Shown here one piece after another: positions 11,132 to 21,795 of a DNA stretch of 35,898 bases (position 1 is the first letter of the stretch; each line of letters starts with the position of its first letter). This DNA is from Nemertoderma westbladi (lineage: Eukaryota; Animalia; Xenacoelomorpha): positions 1-35,898 of the forward strand of contig JAUCBJ010002262.1 in the NCBI GenBank assembly GCA_032718475.1, written 5' to 3'. A program made the position numbers and the translations under genes. Below the pieces are notes generated by a model that was given only the letters and a program-made list of their open reading frames with translations, did no database searches and had not been told where the DNA came from.

Positions 11132-11328
11132 TTTACAAATCGAAATCAGTACTTCACTTGAAAGCGCATTGGTTGATTGTATCATAATTGGAATCGCAAT
11201 ATTTATGTCAGCACCTAGTCTCATTTACAATTACAATTTTCTATTCTGCTTTATTATGGAATAAGATTCAAGTTGGATGCAGTGCACTTATCTATGGCAA
11301 ACTCATGACATTAGATGCAGGAGGAATC
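11132..11328 (+). pseudogene. Intronic diverged duplicate of part of ABCC exon 2
   Basis: Aligns with 11747..11939 (tttacaaatcgaaa.cagtacttcacttgaaagcg...gatgcaggaggaatc), with substitutions and indels. Confidence 0.92.
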
Positions 11329-11336
11329 GGAGGAAT

Positions 11337-11556
11337 TAGTTAAGGCCCTAATTTATTACATAACATTGTTGATTCTTATTAGTTACGGGCCTTATTTATT
11401 ACATAACATTATTGATTTTTATTAGTTACGGCCCTAACTTATTACAACAACATTATTGACTTTATTAGTTACGGGCCTTATTTATTACATAACATTATTG
11501 ATTTTTATTATTTACAGCCCTAATTTATTACATAACATTATTGATTTTTATTAGTT
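11337..11556. repeat. 43-bp AT-rich minisatellite, about 5 copies
   Basis: Unit ttagttacgggccttatttattacataacattattgattttta. Confidence 0.93.
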
Positions 11557-11591
11557 TTACTTAGATTAACCATTTTTTTTCTTCGTTCCAG

Positions 11592-14500
11592 AGTGAATGC
11601 GTAACAAGACGAACAAGAATTACTATTTTGGGATTATTGATAAGAGTTTATTTGAAAGAATACTTATTATGTGCTTTCTTGAATATCATTTATGAAATTT
11701 GCCTTATAATTAGATTAATATTTTTTCGACGTTTGATTGCGTACTATTTACAAATCGAAAGCAGTACTTCACTTGAAAGCGCATTGGTTGATTGTCTCAT
11801 AATTGGAATCGCATCTTTTATATCAGTACTGGCATTTACAAATTCGAATTTCTATTCTTTTCTATTATGGAATAAGATTAAAGTTGGATGCAGTGCACTT
11901 ATCTATGGCAAACTCCTGACATTAGATGCAGGAGGAATCCAAAGTACGACAATCGGCCAGATAACTAACCTGTTGTCATCTGATGTTGGACGATTTGAGA
12001 TAATGGCGATCTATGGAAGCTATTTAGTCTCAACCCCTATTGTTATAATTCTATGGTTCCCATTGATGTATTACTATATTGAGTGGTGTGGTATTTTTGG
12101 ATTATTTCTCTCAATTTTAGTTATTCCATTGAGTTTAGGGTTGTCAGAAATATTTAGCAGATTACGTGTTAAAGCTGCAGCATTAACTGATCGAAGAATA
12201 ACATTGTTGAGTGAAATATTGGTTGGAATGAAAGCAATAAAAGCATATGGTTGGGAGGAATTATTTGAAGAAGCTATAAAAATGGCTCGAAGCAAAGAAT
12301 TTTTACAAATAAGTAAGATCATGTATTGCCATTCGTTCTACACTGTAAACTACTTTGCCTATGTCAATATTGTAACATTTTTTGTTTTTGTATTATATTC
12401 AGCACTGGAATTTAAATTAAATATTATAACTGTACTAACCGCTAACATTATGTTCTCTACTTTAATCGTAAATGTCATGCTATTTGCTTTAGCCTTACGT
12501 GAATGTGGTGAACTTAAGAGTGTTATTCAAAGAATAGATAAATTTCTTGGTTTCAAGTATAATTATTTAATTGATGTGGAATGGTTAGAAAGTAGTAAAA
12601 AAGATAAAATCATGTTAGATCCTAAAGATATTTTTCTATCTGTTGATAATATTTCTGGGAGATGGGCAAACAACACCCCATATGTGATACATCATCTATC
12701 ATTTAAAGCACATTTTGGGGAGATTGTTTACGTAATAGGACCAGTTGGTTCTGGAAAGTCTAGTCTACTGCAGGCAATATTAGGAGAGTTGCCTATAGAA
12801 ACTGGATCTATAAATAAGAATGGGAAGATGGCCTATGTGTCGCAAACACCATTCATATTCTCGGGAACTATACGGGACAATATCCTACTGGGCCAAACAT
12901 TTGAGGCAAAATGGTTTAACGAGGTTATCGAACTTAGCTGTTTAACAATGGATCTATTAAATTTTAAAGATGGGGATAATACTTTAGTTGGAGAAAAAGG
13001 TATTTCATTATCTGGTGGCCAAAAAGCTCGTATTGCTTTAGCGAGAGCGGTTTATTCTAGAGCAAATATATATCTTATGGATGATCCTCTTTCAGCTGTG
13101 GACAGACGAGTGGCCAATAACTTAGTAGATAACTGTTTGAAGCACTGCCAATCAAGGGGTATTGTAATTATCGTTACCCACCTACTGCAAATTATCCCTT
13201 CAAATTCAAGAATTGTATCTCTTTATGATAATGATGTCTATAAATCGCTAAACATGGAGTTCTCATCACAAACTTATAACGCCACAAAAATAAGTTTATC
13301 TCGAACTTATGAAATTGAAATGATCGAAGGTGATAAATTCGATATTATGAAAGATTCTGTTAGTGATTCGTTCATGGAAAGAACAAATGATTCCGGATGG
13401 ATACCTACTCTGGTCTTTATTATGGCTGGTTTATCTGGACCGCGTCTTATAGTTTTAACATTATCTTTACTATTTTTATTGATGCATTTAACATTATCAG
13501 ATTATTGGTTGGTAACTTGGGCTATGCAAGAATCTATAAATGACACACAAGATATTGAGTACAATGATGAAAATATTATTATGAAATTTATCGCTGAGAG
13601 CAATTGGAGTGGCATTGTACTTGGATATTCATACCTGGTTTTTTCATACTTAGTTTGCATAACTTTCAGTGTGTTTGCAGCATATACTATTGTTCTGGGC
13701 GCTTCTAACAATGTACATAGAAGAATTCTAAAAACAGTATTGCATGCACCAATGGCATTTTTTCATAATAATTCAGCAGGAGGTATATTGAACCGATTCT
13801 CGAAGGACTTGGGAATATTGGACAACATAATCGCGGACTCACTTGCATATATGTTGCAATATATATGTCGTTGTTTTCTTGTTATTTTACTTGCGGGGAT
13901 ATCTAATCCATGGACTTTGATGATATCAATTCCCACACTTATCGCTGTTATATGGATACGAAATTATATAATCAAAAGTCTTAAACAGGTGAAGTTTCTG
14001 GAAGGATCAGCAAGGAATCCAGTATATCAGCATGCCTCTGATACCATAGAAGGCCGAGTTGTAATAAAGGCATTCGGGATTCAGGCAATTTATTTGAAAC
14101 GTTTTCTCTACCACCTGGATAATCACACTGGATCATTGTTTATGGTTTATGGGCTCCAATCATTGCTTACTATCAGCGTTTCTATGTTTTATGCTGTTTT
14201 TACCATATTGTTTTTACTCATATCTTTGTATATGGATAGCTTTGTATCAAAAGAAGTATTAGGTATAGCAGTAACATATGTGTTTGGCTTTGTAAATTTT
14301 TTAGCATTTATTATGTTCGATTCGGCAGTGCTGGAACTGCATTTAACATCTGTTGAACGAGTTCTTGATTACACAAAACTAGACCAAGAGGCTGCATTCC
14401 ATATACCTAGTGTTCAACCTCGAATTACTTGGCCGAGTGCCGCAATTATTTCTTTCAAAGACGTCAAACTTACATACGGTGATAATGAGGTGTTGCATGG

Positions 14501-15203
14501 AATCAATTTTGTAACTCGGCCTTTTGAGAAAATAGGAATTGTAGGACGAACAGGAGCTGGTAAATCCTCATTGTTTACAGTATTGCTTCGCCTTGTAGAA
14601 CCTCAAGGAATAATAACCATAGATGATGTTGACATAACAGAAATTGGTTTACATGATTTACGGAAGTCAATAGCAGTCATTCCACAGGATCCCGTTCTGT
14701 TTCAAGGTACTTTGCGCTACAACTTAGATCCTTTCAATGAGTTTGGCAGTACAGAAATCATGAAAGCTCTAGAATGCGTTCAATTGAAAACATCACTAGA
14801 AATGAGAGCCCTTTCTAATTTGGGTTATGGCTCTATTAGCCCCTCTGACAAGAAAACAGACGTTTTGGATTTTGAAGTTGAAAACCGTGGCAGCAACCTC
14901 AGCGTTGGGGAGAAGGAGTTAGTTTGTTTAGCAAGAGCAATGTTACGAAACTGTAAAGTTGTGCTTATTGATGAGGCAACATCATCCATTGATCAGTTTA
15001 CAGATGGAATTATACAGAAGATAATTTCAAATAATTTCTCTAAAGCAACTGTGTTCACAATAGCCCACAGGATTAATACTATCGTGAACTGCGACAGGAT
15101 AATAGTGATGGGTGAAGGAAAGATTGTAGAATTTGAAGAACCAGAATGTTTACTTGAAGATAAGAACAGCTTCCTATATAACGTAGCTAATGAGGAACAC
15201 TAG
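11592..15203 (+). CDS. ABCC4: ABCC4/MRP4-like short-type ABCC transporter, coding exon 2 (TMD1-NBD1-TMD2-NBD2)
   Basis: Acceptor tttttttcttcgttccag at 11591 is in frame with ORF 11628..15203. NBD1: GPVGSGKSS, LSGGQ, YLMDD. NBD2: GRTGAGKSS, IPQDP, LSVGE, LIDEAT, IAHR. Also ILNRFSKD. Orthology within the ABCC4-like group is not resolved. Confidence 0.95.
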   Translation, partial: SECVTRRTRITILGLLIRVYLKEYLLCAFLNIIYEICLIIRLIFFRRLIAYYLQIESSTSLESALVDCLIIGIASFISVLAFTNSNFYSFLLWNKIKVGCSALIYGKLLTLDAGGIQSTTIGQITNLLSSDVGRFEIMAIYGSYLVSTPIVIILWFPLMYYYIEWCGIFGLFLSILVIPLSLGLSEIFSRLRVKAAALTDRRITLLSEILVGMKAIKAYGWEELFEEAIKMARSKEFLQISKIMYCHSFYTVNYFAYVNIVTFFVFVLYSALEFKLNIITVLTANIMFSTLIVNVMLFALALRECGELKSVIQRIDKFLGFKYNYLIDVEWLESSKKDKIMLDPKDIFLSVDNISGRWANNTPYVIHHLSFKAHFGEIVYVIGPVGSGKSSLLQAILGELPIETGSINKNGKMAYVSQTPFIFSGTIRDNILLGQTFEAKWFNEVIELSCLTMDLLNFKDGDNTLVGEKGISLSGGQKARIALARAVYSRANIYLMDDPLSAVDRRVANNLVDNCLKHCQSRGIVIIVTHLLQIIPSNSRIVSLYDNDVYKSLNMEFSSQTYNATKISLSRTYEIEMIEGDKFDIMKDSVSDSFMERTNDSGWIPTLVFIMAGLSGPRLIVLTLSLLFLLMHLTLSDYWLVTWAMQESINDTQDIEYNDENIIMKFIAESNWSGIVLGYSYLVFSYLVCITFSVFAAYTIVLGASNNVHRRILKTVLHAPMAFFHNNSAGGILNRFSKDLGILDNIIADSLAYMLQYICRCFLVILLAGISNPWTLMISIPTLIAVIWIRNYIIKSLKQVKFLEGSARNPVYQHASDTIEGRVVIKAFGIQAIYLKRFLYHLDNHTGSLFMVYGLQSLLTISVSMFYAVFTILFLLISLYMDSFVSKEVLGIAVTYVFGFVNFLAFIMFDSAVLELHLTSVERVLDYTKLDQEAAFHIPSVQPRITWPSAAIISFKDVKLTYGDNEVLHGINFVTRPFEKIGIVGRTGAGKSSLFTVLLRLVEPQGIITIDDVDITEIGLHDLRKSIAVIPQDPVLFQGTLRYNLDPFNEFGSTEIMKALECVQLKTSLEMRALSNLGYGSISPSDKKTDVLDFEVENRGSNLSVGEKELVCLARAMLRNCKVVLIDEATSSIDQFTDGIIQKIISNNFSKATVFTIAHRINTIVNCDRIIVMGEGKIVEFEEPECLLEDKNSFLYNVANEEH

Positions 15204-15926
15204 CAATCTAAAATACGAATCTCGAAAGTTCAAATGTTATGTGTTAAATGGTGCAGGGTAAAATAATAATAGCAACAAATATTGGATAAGTATTGTAGTT
15301 GAATGTTTGACAATTGAAAGTTAAAATTTTCGTTATTCATAATAAATGTTTCTGAAACAAGATTTAATTTTTTTTTAATTAAACCGCATTTTCGAGGAAA
15401 ATGGATTCTTATAGTGCGGGTACACTCGAACCCACCACCTAGGCCTACATAGGTTTAGCGTAAGCTAAATTATGTTACGATCTAAAACTTTGTTGTTTAT
15501 TGTATCATGTACAATCTGTATCTTCGAATGACAAGTAATAATACGAATTATGCGCTAAAGCACAGAGATTCCAGATAACTGGGTTCTTGTGAAACTAAAC
15601 TAACTAATTACACAATGTTGCTAAATATTTGTTATTGTTGTAATGTTGCTATGCAACATTCTTAACAATTCCTTGTACTGTTAGCCTGGCTCGTTCCAGG
15701 GTTGCCACATGGCTCCCCCCGGCAAAGTGTATGTTCGCGCTTTTTAACTTCAATGACTTTTACTAACAAACAATTTGTGCAACTTCCGAATTCTTATTCA
15801 AATTTGGCCAGTAACATAAAAATATAAATCAAACTTGCGCGGCGTATGGGGAGTCTGGTAAATATTGGCAGGATAGACCACGTGAATCCAGGGTGTCGGT
15901 CGATTGATTCTCACAATATTATTCCA

Positions 15927-16055
15927 GAGCTTGTGCCGCAAGCTGAATGGTTAAGGCGTCAGACTTCCAACCCGGAGGTAACCAGTTCGATCCCACCTGG
16001 ACGTCATTGCCGACTTTGCAAAAGCTGTGCCCAACAAAAAGTTGTAATAATAATA
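15927..16055 (+). mobile_element. tRNA-derived SINE with (AAT)n tail
   Basis: A-box-like agctgaatggttaaggcg, B-box gttcgatccc, tail gtaataataat; second copy at 7708..7797. Confidence 0.78.
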
Positions 16056-16880
16056 TTCGTGACACTAATACGGGCTTATAGGGAATGTACTATCAGTTCC
16101 CTTCGGGTTGTCATAATATAGTTCATATGATGCAATGCAATTAACCAGAAAGGCTACTAAGCTCACATGCACTCAGCAATACTGATGTGAAGAACAATCA
16201 ATTCGTGGTTATCCAATATTAATGCCCCCAAGTATCTTGATATAGTTATACAACATAAACAATAATTACATAAATTTCTATATAGCGGAAGCAGACGATC
16301 GGTCGGCCGGTAAGTATCGATTAATCAATGGTCTGGTGTCACATAGCACACTGACATGTAGTCAGCAGTCAGATGAGTCCGATATACAGTCAGCAATGCA
16401 GTCAGGTAATTTTAGCTGTAATATTTGGCGTTCTGCCTGATGGTACTATCTAAACACAGGAAAAATGTGTGTTCTGTGGAAATGCAACGCACAAACTGAC
16501 TGGTGCATCGTGGCAATCTCAGGCCTCCTTCCTCGTTGCCAGTCAACAACCAATAAGCACGCGCCATCTTGCATGATCCACCCCACAGTAAACAAAGAAA
16601 ATAAGAATTTAGAGAGTGAAAAGTACATTACATTGGCTTATGAGTTCACCAATGGATAAAACACAGCAGAAGTAGGGGACAGAGCTTGGCGGCAATTCAG
16701 ACCAGCCTTGAAAGACGCAAAAGCTTTTATAGGTTTCTGTAGCGATGACGCCTGTAACCCGTAATAGTTTGGCTCCCTTACTGTACGGCCAAAGCGCGAA
16801 AAGTGATTTAATCGGGCTGTTTGGGGTGTTTGAGATGGTTCCGATTTGTTTGGGGTTGGTGGAGGCTGTGATGCTACCGG

Positions 16881-17990
16881 TCATGGATGCTTTGGAGCTG
16901 CAGCTATCGGTTGTACACAATAGGCGATTTTGAGTCGGTCCACTGAGACGGAGTGTTTTTTGCCATTTATTTCTATGAGGAAATATTTGTCGCCAGCCTC
17001 TAACCCTCTGAATGGTCCAGTGTAGGGTCTTTCAAGTGGTCCGCGGTGTAAACGAACCCGGTCGAAGCTTAGTTTCTTCGGACATGTTTGGGTTGTTGTC
17101 CATGGAAGTTTACTGGCGGTGGAAGTATCGACTGTATTATTGATTGGAGGCAATGAAGAAACTCATCTGTCGGAGTGGCGTCACGAGAGCCGGGTTGAAG
17201 GAACTCGCCAGTAAGGCGAAGATATGTGCCATAGTCGAGATCAGCGGCTGAGCAGTTTCCATCATTGCGCCACGCAGTCCGCATTCCGAGGAGAACGAGT
17301 GGCAATTCATGCATCCATTGCGGGTTGATAAGGCGAGCTTTAAGAGCAGCCTTAAGCTGCCGGTGCATCCATTCGACCATTCCATTTGCATGTGGGTGAT
17401 ACACTGTAGTGGAGGAGGCAGAGATGCCGAGCAGTTTGTGTAGATTTGTCCAGAGTTTGGAGGTGAACTGGGTATACCACGGTCCGTGGTTAGATCATTG
17501 GGTATGCCAAGTCACCAGTGAAATTTCTTCAGAACATCGAGTTAAATGCTCGTAAAGAGGTATATGTAGCCCTCAGACACCGGAATGGGATCGACAAGGT
17601 CGAAGTGGATGCTGCCAAATCCACGGTAAGGCTGAGGTCGAGTGGCAAGACGTGCGTGTCCATGGCATGGCATTGTGTTTTTTACGCTTGGCATGGGTGG
17701 ATTTCTCGGCACCATTTTCTAATGTTTGATTTCATCTTGTGCCATACGAACTTAGATGATATTGCACGTTGAGTTGGATGGAGACCGGCATCTGTCAGAT
17801 TGTGAATGTCGTTGAACACTCGTTTAGTCCAAGTGACCAGGATGATGGGGTGATTGTTTCCAATGGAAACATCGCATAGGACTGAGTAGTCGCCGAAGGA
17901 TGTCTGTGAGGCAGAGACCAGAGATTGCTGTGCGATAGGCAGGCGGCGATGTCACCCGAGGAAGACTGGTCAGTTGTCTGCTGGCGGGAG
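16881..17990 (-). mobile_element. Ty3/Gypsy LTR retrotransposon pol remnant (integrase), frameshifted
   Basis: YHPHANGMVE.MHRQLKAAL, LPLVLLGMRT and a GPY/F-type motif PYTGPF...VSVDRLK. Upstream are zinc-binding region remnants (FVW..MK..IRKWCR...CQ). Confidence 0.9.
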
Positions 17991-18324
17991 TTAATTGTTT
18001 GAAGGTAAAACATTCTTAACAATTAATAAAAGGAAGGGTAAGATATCTTTTGGTGCTGCTATAAGTGTAATATATTAATGCCAGATATTTCAACCCAAAA
18101 TTGTAAATACAATTACACAGGCCTTTGCCAATGGCTTTGGTAACTAATGAAACCTAACATCGATACCGGTACAGGTATCGATGCAGGTTTATAATTGGAT
18201 CTTTGCTTTGTACTCACCCGATGATACGTCGGTATAATATGATTAAACATTTTGTTTGATTTATGGAAATAAAAGGAATGAATTTGTATAAATAAATTTC
18301 CCATAAAATATTTGGTGCTGGAAG

Positions 18325-18440
18325 AATTGTTTTTGGTTATCAAGTAATTATTTTAGGGAGACTGAATAATCGTTTTTGGGGTTGGATAATTGTTTTTGGG
18401 GATGATTTATTGTTTTTGAGAGATGAATAATTGTTTTTGG
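18325..18440. repeat. Degenerate tandem repeat of about 20 bp
   Basis: Recurring gaataattgtttttgg-like units. Confidence 0.65.
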
Positions 18441-18987
18441 TGAGATAGATATTCAAAATTGGGGGATCTAAATTGGTGCCGCAAAAAAATATATTTGGTG
18501 CTAAATAATTTTTTTTGGTGTGAAATCATCTAATCTGGGGAGGCATTATACAGTATTACTAGTGGCGCTATTTTATCTAAAACATGCGTATTTTTAACAG
18601 CAGTAGGCCTACTACCGGTACAGTACCGCTAAAGGAATAAGCATCTGTAATAATTGTCAATACGATGGTATTTTTTATGAATTATCATTACAATGGTGTA
18701 TACAGATTGTCATGTGATACATTATTTTTACAAATTACATAATCCAAGCAATGTAGGCTAATTCTTATAATTACTGATGAATTGTCCAATTATTTCGATT
18801 AACAGAAAATCATAATTAAAATTAATATTTCTTTTTCATCGGGTTCCACAGGTATGCAATGCGGAATTCAGCGTCAGAGTGTCTTACTACAAAATCCATA
18901 TCAGTGATTATATCAAATCAAATTGTATTGAAATATTAAGGAGTTGAATTTCCGAAAATTTGCTGCTGCAACCGGGTCTCGGACACG

Positions 18988-19022
18988 GTAAATAATAGCA
19001 CAGCACCTGTGCTATTATTTAC
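18988..19022. other. Perfect 16-bp-stem palindrome inside a minus-strand tRNA-like sequence
   Basis: gtaaataatagcacag-cac-ctgtgctattatttac. Confidence 0.85.
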
Positions 19023-19040
19023 TGAGCTAAAGTGACGGAG

Positions 19041-19149
19041 TTTCTGCCACAAAAACAGTGGTAGAAAGACTTTCTGCCACTACAGTATATAAATAGTGGT
19101 AGAAAGACTTTCTGCAACTATAGAAACAGTGGTAGAAAGAAAGTGGTAG
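19041..19149. repeat. Short tandem repeat (about 30-41 bp) with internal dyad symmetry
   Basis: agtggtagaaag-a-ctttctgccact, repeated. Confidence 0.8.
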
Positions 19150-19428
19150 TAATTCTAGTGCGCGAAATCACTACTTTCTTGGACTGTTTTCTACAAAATT
19201 TAGTGAAAAAAGTGGATTTTTCAGAACAGTATTATTGGTATTGCCCGTTCTAGTATCTATAAAACGTGGTGTTCTAGATCTTCTGTTATTGTATTAATTA
19301 TTTCGTTGATATTTACAAACAAATTGTTTTAGAACAAAACTTTTACTGACTTAGTGTTAATCGTTGAATCGTAGTTATCACTGACTCTATAGATCGACTG
19401 GAATTAAGAATAATTATTGGAAGTTTGT

Positions 19429-21159
19429 ATGGAGTTGCCAAAGCTCGTGCTACTTTGGTTGCCATTGATTTTTTGCTGTTTAGTGAAAATCAATAGCAGT
19501 AAAGATGTTGTTGAGCAAATGAAGCTTCGATGTGAAAAACAATCCTACAAAAAGTTTACTATTGTCGCTATGTTGCGTTCAAGGCAGGACTTATTATGTG
19601 ACACGTGTAATATGGACATCGAGTCTGGGTGTAAGTGGGAGTTCATGTCTGATGATTCAAGCCCACTATATTCGGTTGTTCAATCGGGTCACGATTATGC
19701 AGTGGATAAGTGTAAGTTGATTTTAAAATCCGTAAAAGAAATCCATTCTGGAAATTATCAGTGTTTCCATGAAGGTAAAGCGAAGCAAACTTATGTTGTT
19801 GAAGTTATGGAGGCTCCTGGCACACACATTATCAACTATGAAACTGTGGATCATCTAAAACCTTTGGGAAATAGGCAAATAAATGTTGATGGAAATAGTT
19901 TTAAAGTGTTCACACATTGGGGAGATTGGAGTGAATGCAACGCAGAATGCAATGCCAAAGGCACTAGAGAACGTCAAGGAACTTGTCGAGTAGTTAATGA
20001 TGAGATAAAGAAGATGTTAGGTAATCACAGGGGGGTGCATGAGGAGGGAGGAGGAATGAACTTGGAAGTGAAGAGCATATCTTGTACATCCGGTCGGCTA
20101 TCCTCCGAAGAAAGAAAGAAATTAATTAGAGAAAACGAGAAAGAAATTGAGTCATGCGTGTTACATTGCATCAAGGGTTGCCCTAAAGGTTGGAACGTGT
20201 TTAATGGTCGTTGCTATGGAGTTAGTCATAAGGTTCTTACATGGACACACGCATGTCGGAACTGTCAGAGTAAACAAGTCGGTGCTTCATTGGCTGTGGC
20301 ACCTTCTAAGACTGCTTGGGATTTTGTAGTAAAGTTAGTTCCGCCAAAAAGGAAATTTGTTCATGTTGGATGGAGGTCCGAGCTCAGTGGGAAGTTCAAC
20401 TGGGTTAACGAAACTGGATATCCTATAAAAACTGATTGTTCTGAAACATTTTGTCCTCCTGAAGCAAATAGCTACAGATGGCCGTCAAGTTCTGACAAAG
20501 AAAATAAATATCTGTGCGGATCTTACAATGTAAAAAGCGGCTTTGTGGAGAGAATAAAATGTAAAGGTGTGTTTAGAAGTTTCGTATGCAGCGCACCATT
20601 AACTTATCATGGCATAAAATGGAACAGGATTAGCAATGTTTTTGAGAGAACACCAGAGAATTTGCCGCCGAAGCCACGGCTTTTCAAGAGGTCAGTAGTT
20701 GAGGGAACAACTGTCACCATAAAATGTTTCATGAATGCGGCACACATACCACTGCGCTGGTTCACCAGACATCGCACCAGCATGTTGTCTATCACATTAA
20801 AGAAATCTCCGATAGTTGAGAACGCAAGGATATCTGTTGATAACGGAGATCTACGAATACGCGATGTTACCCCAAAGAAGGATGAGGCGATGTATTCGTG
20901 TTACTACAGATCTAAAGAGATTACTCGAGTGTGGTTGAAAGTTCAAGAGATCCATATACGAAAGGAGGAGGTTGTATACCTACAAGTATTACTGTGTAGC
21001 TTTGTAATAGATTTTGGTATTTGGCTTTTTATATGGCTGGTAAAGTACCGGAGACATCAAACAACGGATGCGATGATAAAGGAGATTAAAGAACGCGATG
21101 AGGATGAAAGCGACGATGGTGAGGAAATAGGGGATATGATTAAACAGCTACAAAAATAG
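19429..21159 (+). CDS. FAM187A-like type I membrane protein: signal peptide, Ig, TSP1-like, C-type lectin-like, Ig, TM, acidic tail (576 aa, single coding exon)
   Basis: First ATG at 19429 with a hydrophobic leader. Ig1 C..W..SGNYQC; VFTHWGDWSEC...G.RER.G.C...SC...ESC...C as in FAM187; CPKGW..FNGRCY...TW..A...C...VGW...FNW...FVC (CTLD); Ig2 VEGTTVTIKC..W..LRIRDV...DEAMYSC; TM followed by KYRRH. Confidence 0.9.
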   Translation: MELPKLVLLWLPLIFCCLVKINSSKDVVEQMKLRCEKQSYKKFTIVAMLRSRQDLLCDTCNMDIESGCKWEFMSDDSSPLYSVVQSGHDYAVDKCKLILKSVKEIHSGNYQCFHEGKAKQTYVVEVMEAPGTHIINYETVDHLKPLGNRQINVDGNSFKVFTHWGDWSECNAECNAKGTRERQGTCRVVNDEIKKMLGNHRGVHEEGGGMNLEVKSISCTSGRLSSEERKKLIRENEKEIESCVLHCIKGCPKGWNVFNGRCYGVSHKVLTWTHACRNCQSKQVGASLAVAPSKTAWDFVVKLVPPKRKFVHVGWRSELSGKFNWVNETGYPIKTDCSETFCPPEANSYRWPSSSDKENKYLCGSYNVKSGFVERIKCKGVFRSFVCSAPLTYHGIKWNRISNVFERTPENLPPKPRLFKRSVVEGTTVTIKCFMNAAHIPLRWFTRHRTSMLSITLKKSPIVENARISVDNGDLRIRDVTPKKDEAMYSCYYRSKEITRVWLKVQEIHIRKEEVVYLQVLLCSFVIDFGIWLFIWLVKYRRHQTTDAMIKEIKERDEDESDDGEEIGDMIKQLQK

Positions 21160-21276
21160 AACCAGAACTATTCGAATTTGGAAAATTAAGAACCGGAAAA
21201 GAAGTTTTATAGATTCGTTTTCAGTTACTCTCGTCTTTCAGTAAGTTAAAATAAATTTCATAAATAAAATTGCGTT

Positions 21277-21410
21277 CAGTGTCAAGCTTGGGGGAACCAA
21301 TGACACCTTAAATGCTGCAAATGTATAGCTTTACAGCAATAGAGATCAACGAGATGCCGCGAAAAGATCCATAGAGTTAAGTTGCCCTTCTTGGGAACGG
21401 GGGCCAACTA
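21277..21410 (-). mobile_element. Two short fragments of the RTE-like LINE
   Basis: agtgtcaagcttgggggaaccaatga matches 10442..10467. 21330..21408 reads PVPKKGNLT...RGISLISIAVKLY on the minus strand, with a frameshift. Confidence 0.75.
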
Positions 21411-21795
21411 TTTGTGCTCATTGAGAGTTTTATATAAAACATTTTATTTATATTAAAGAAAAGAATCAAGAAACAAATTAAAAATTTAAGAATAAAATTA
21501 TAGGGGCAAAAATATAGAACATTTGTTCTCGATTATTAACCACGCTCGTGCTCGGTAATTAAATACACTGAGAATAGTGAAACAGTTGTTATTTTTTCTC
21601 CCCATGTAATAAATAATTATTTTATAGTTATTGTTATCAAAAAGCAAATATTTTTCATATAATATACAGATCATTTATTTTTATTTCTAAACTGAACATT
21701 ATAAAAACTAACAAAACAAGAAAATATGAAAAACTGATACAAACTAATATTTAATGGGCAATATATATATATGGGCTAAATTAAATTTTCGAAAA

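Noticed and set aside
11628-11630. ORF-track start (TTG) for the ABC transporter
   Set aside because: Not an ATG. An in-frame splice acceptor at 11591 and an upstream exon explain the N-terminus.
15927-16055. Functional tRNA gene (also 23190..23275)
   Set aside because: A and B boxes are present but I could not fold a clean acceptor stem. The unrelated body, AAT tail and a second decayed copy indicate a SINE.
15927-16055. SINE sharing a 3' end with the local RTE LINE
   Set aside because: The tails differ (AAT versus TAG) and no 3' sequence similarity is visible.
16460-16590. 3' LTR and polypurine tract of the Gypsy remnant
   Set aside because: A G-rich tract followed by TG exists on the minus strand, but no second LTR is present to confirm boundaries.
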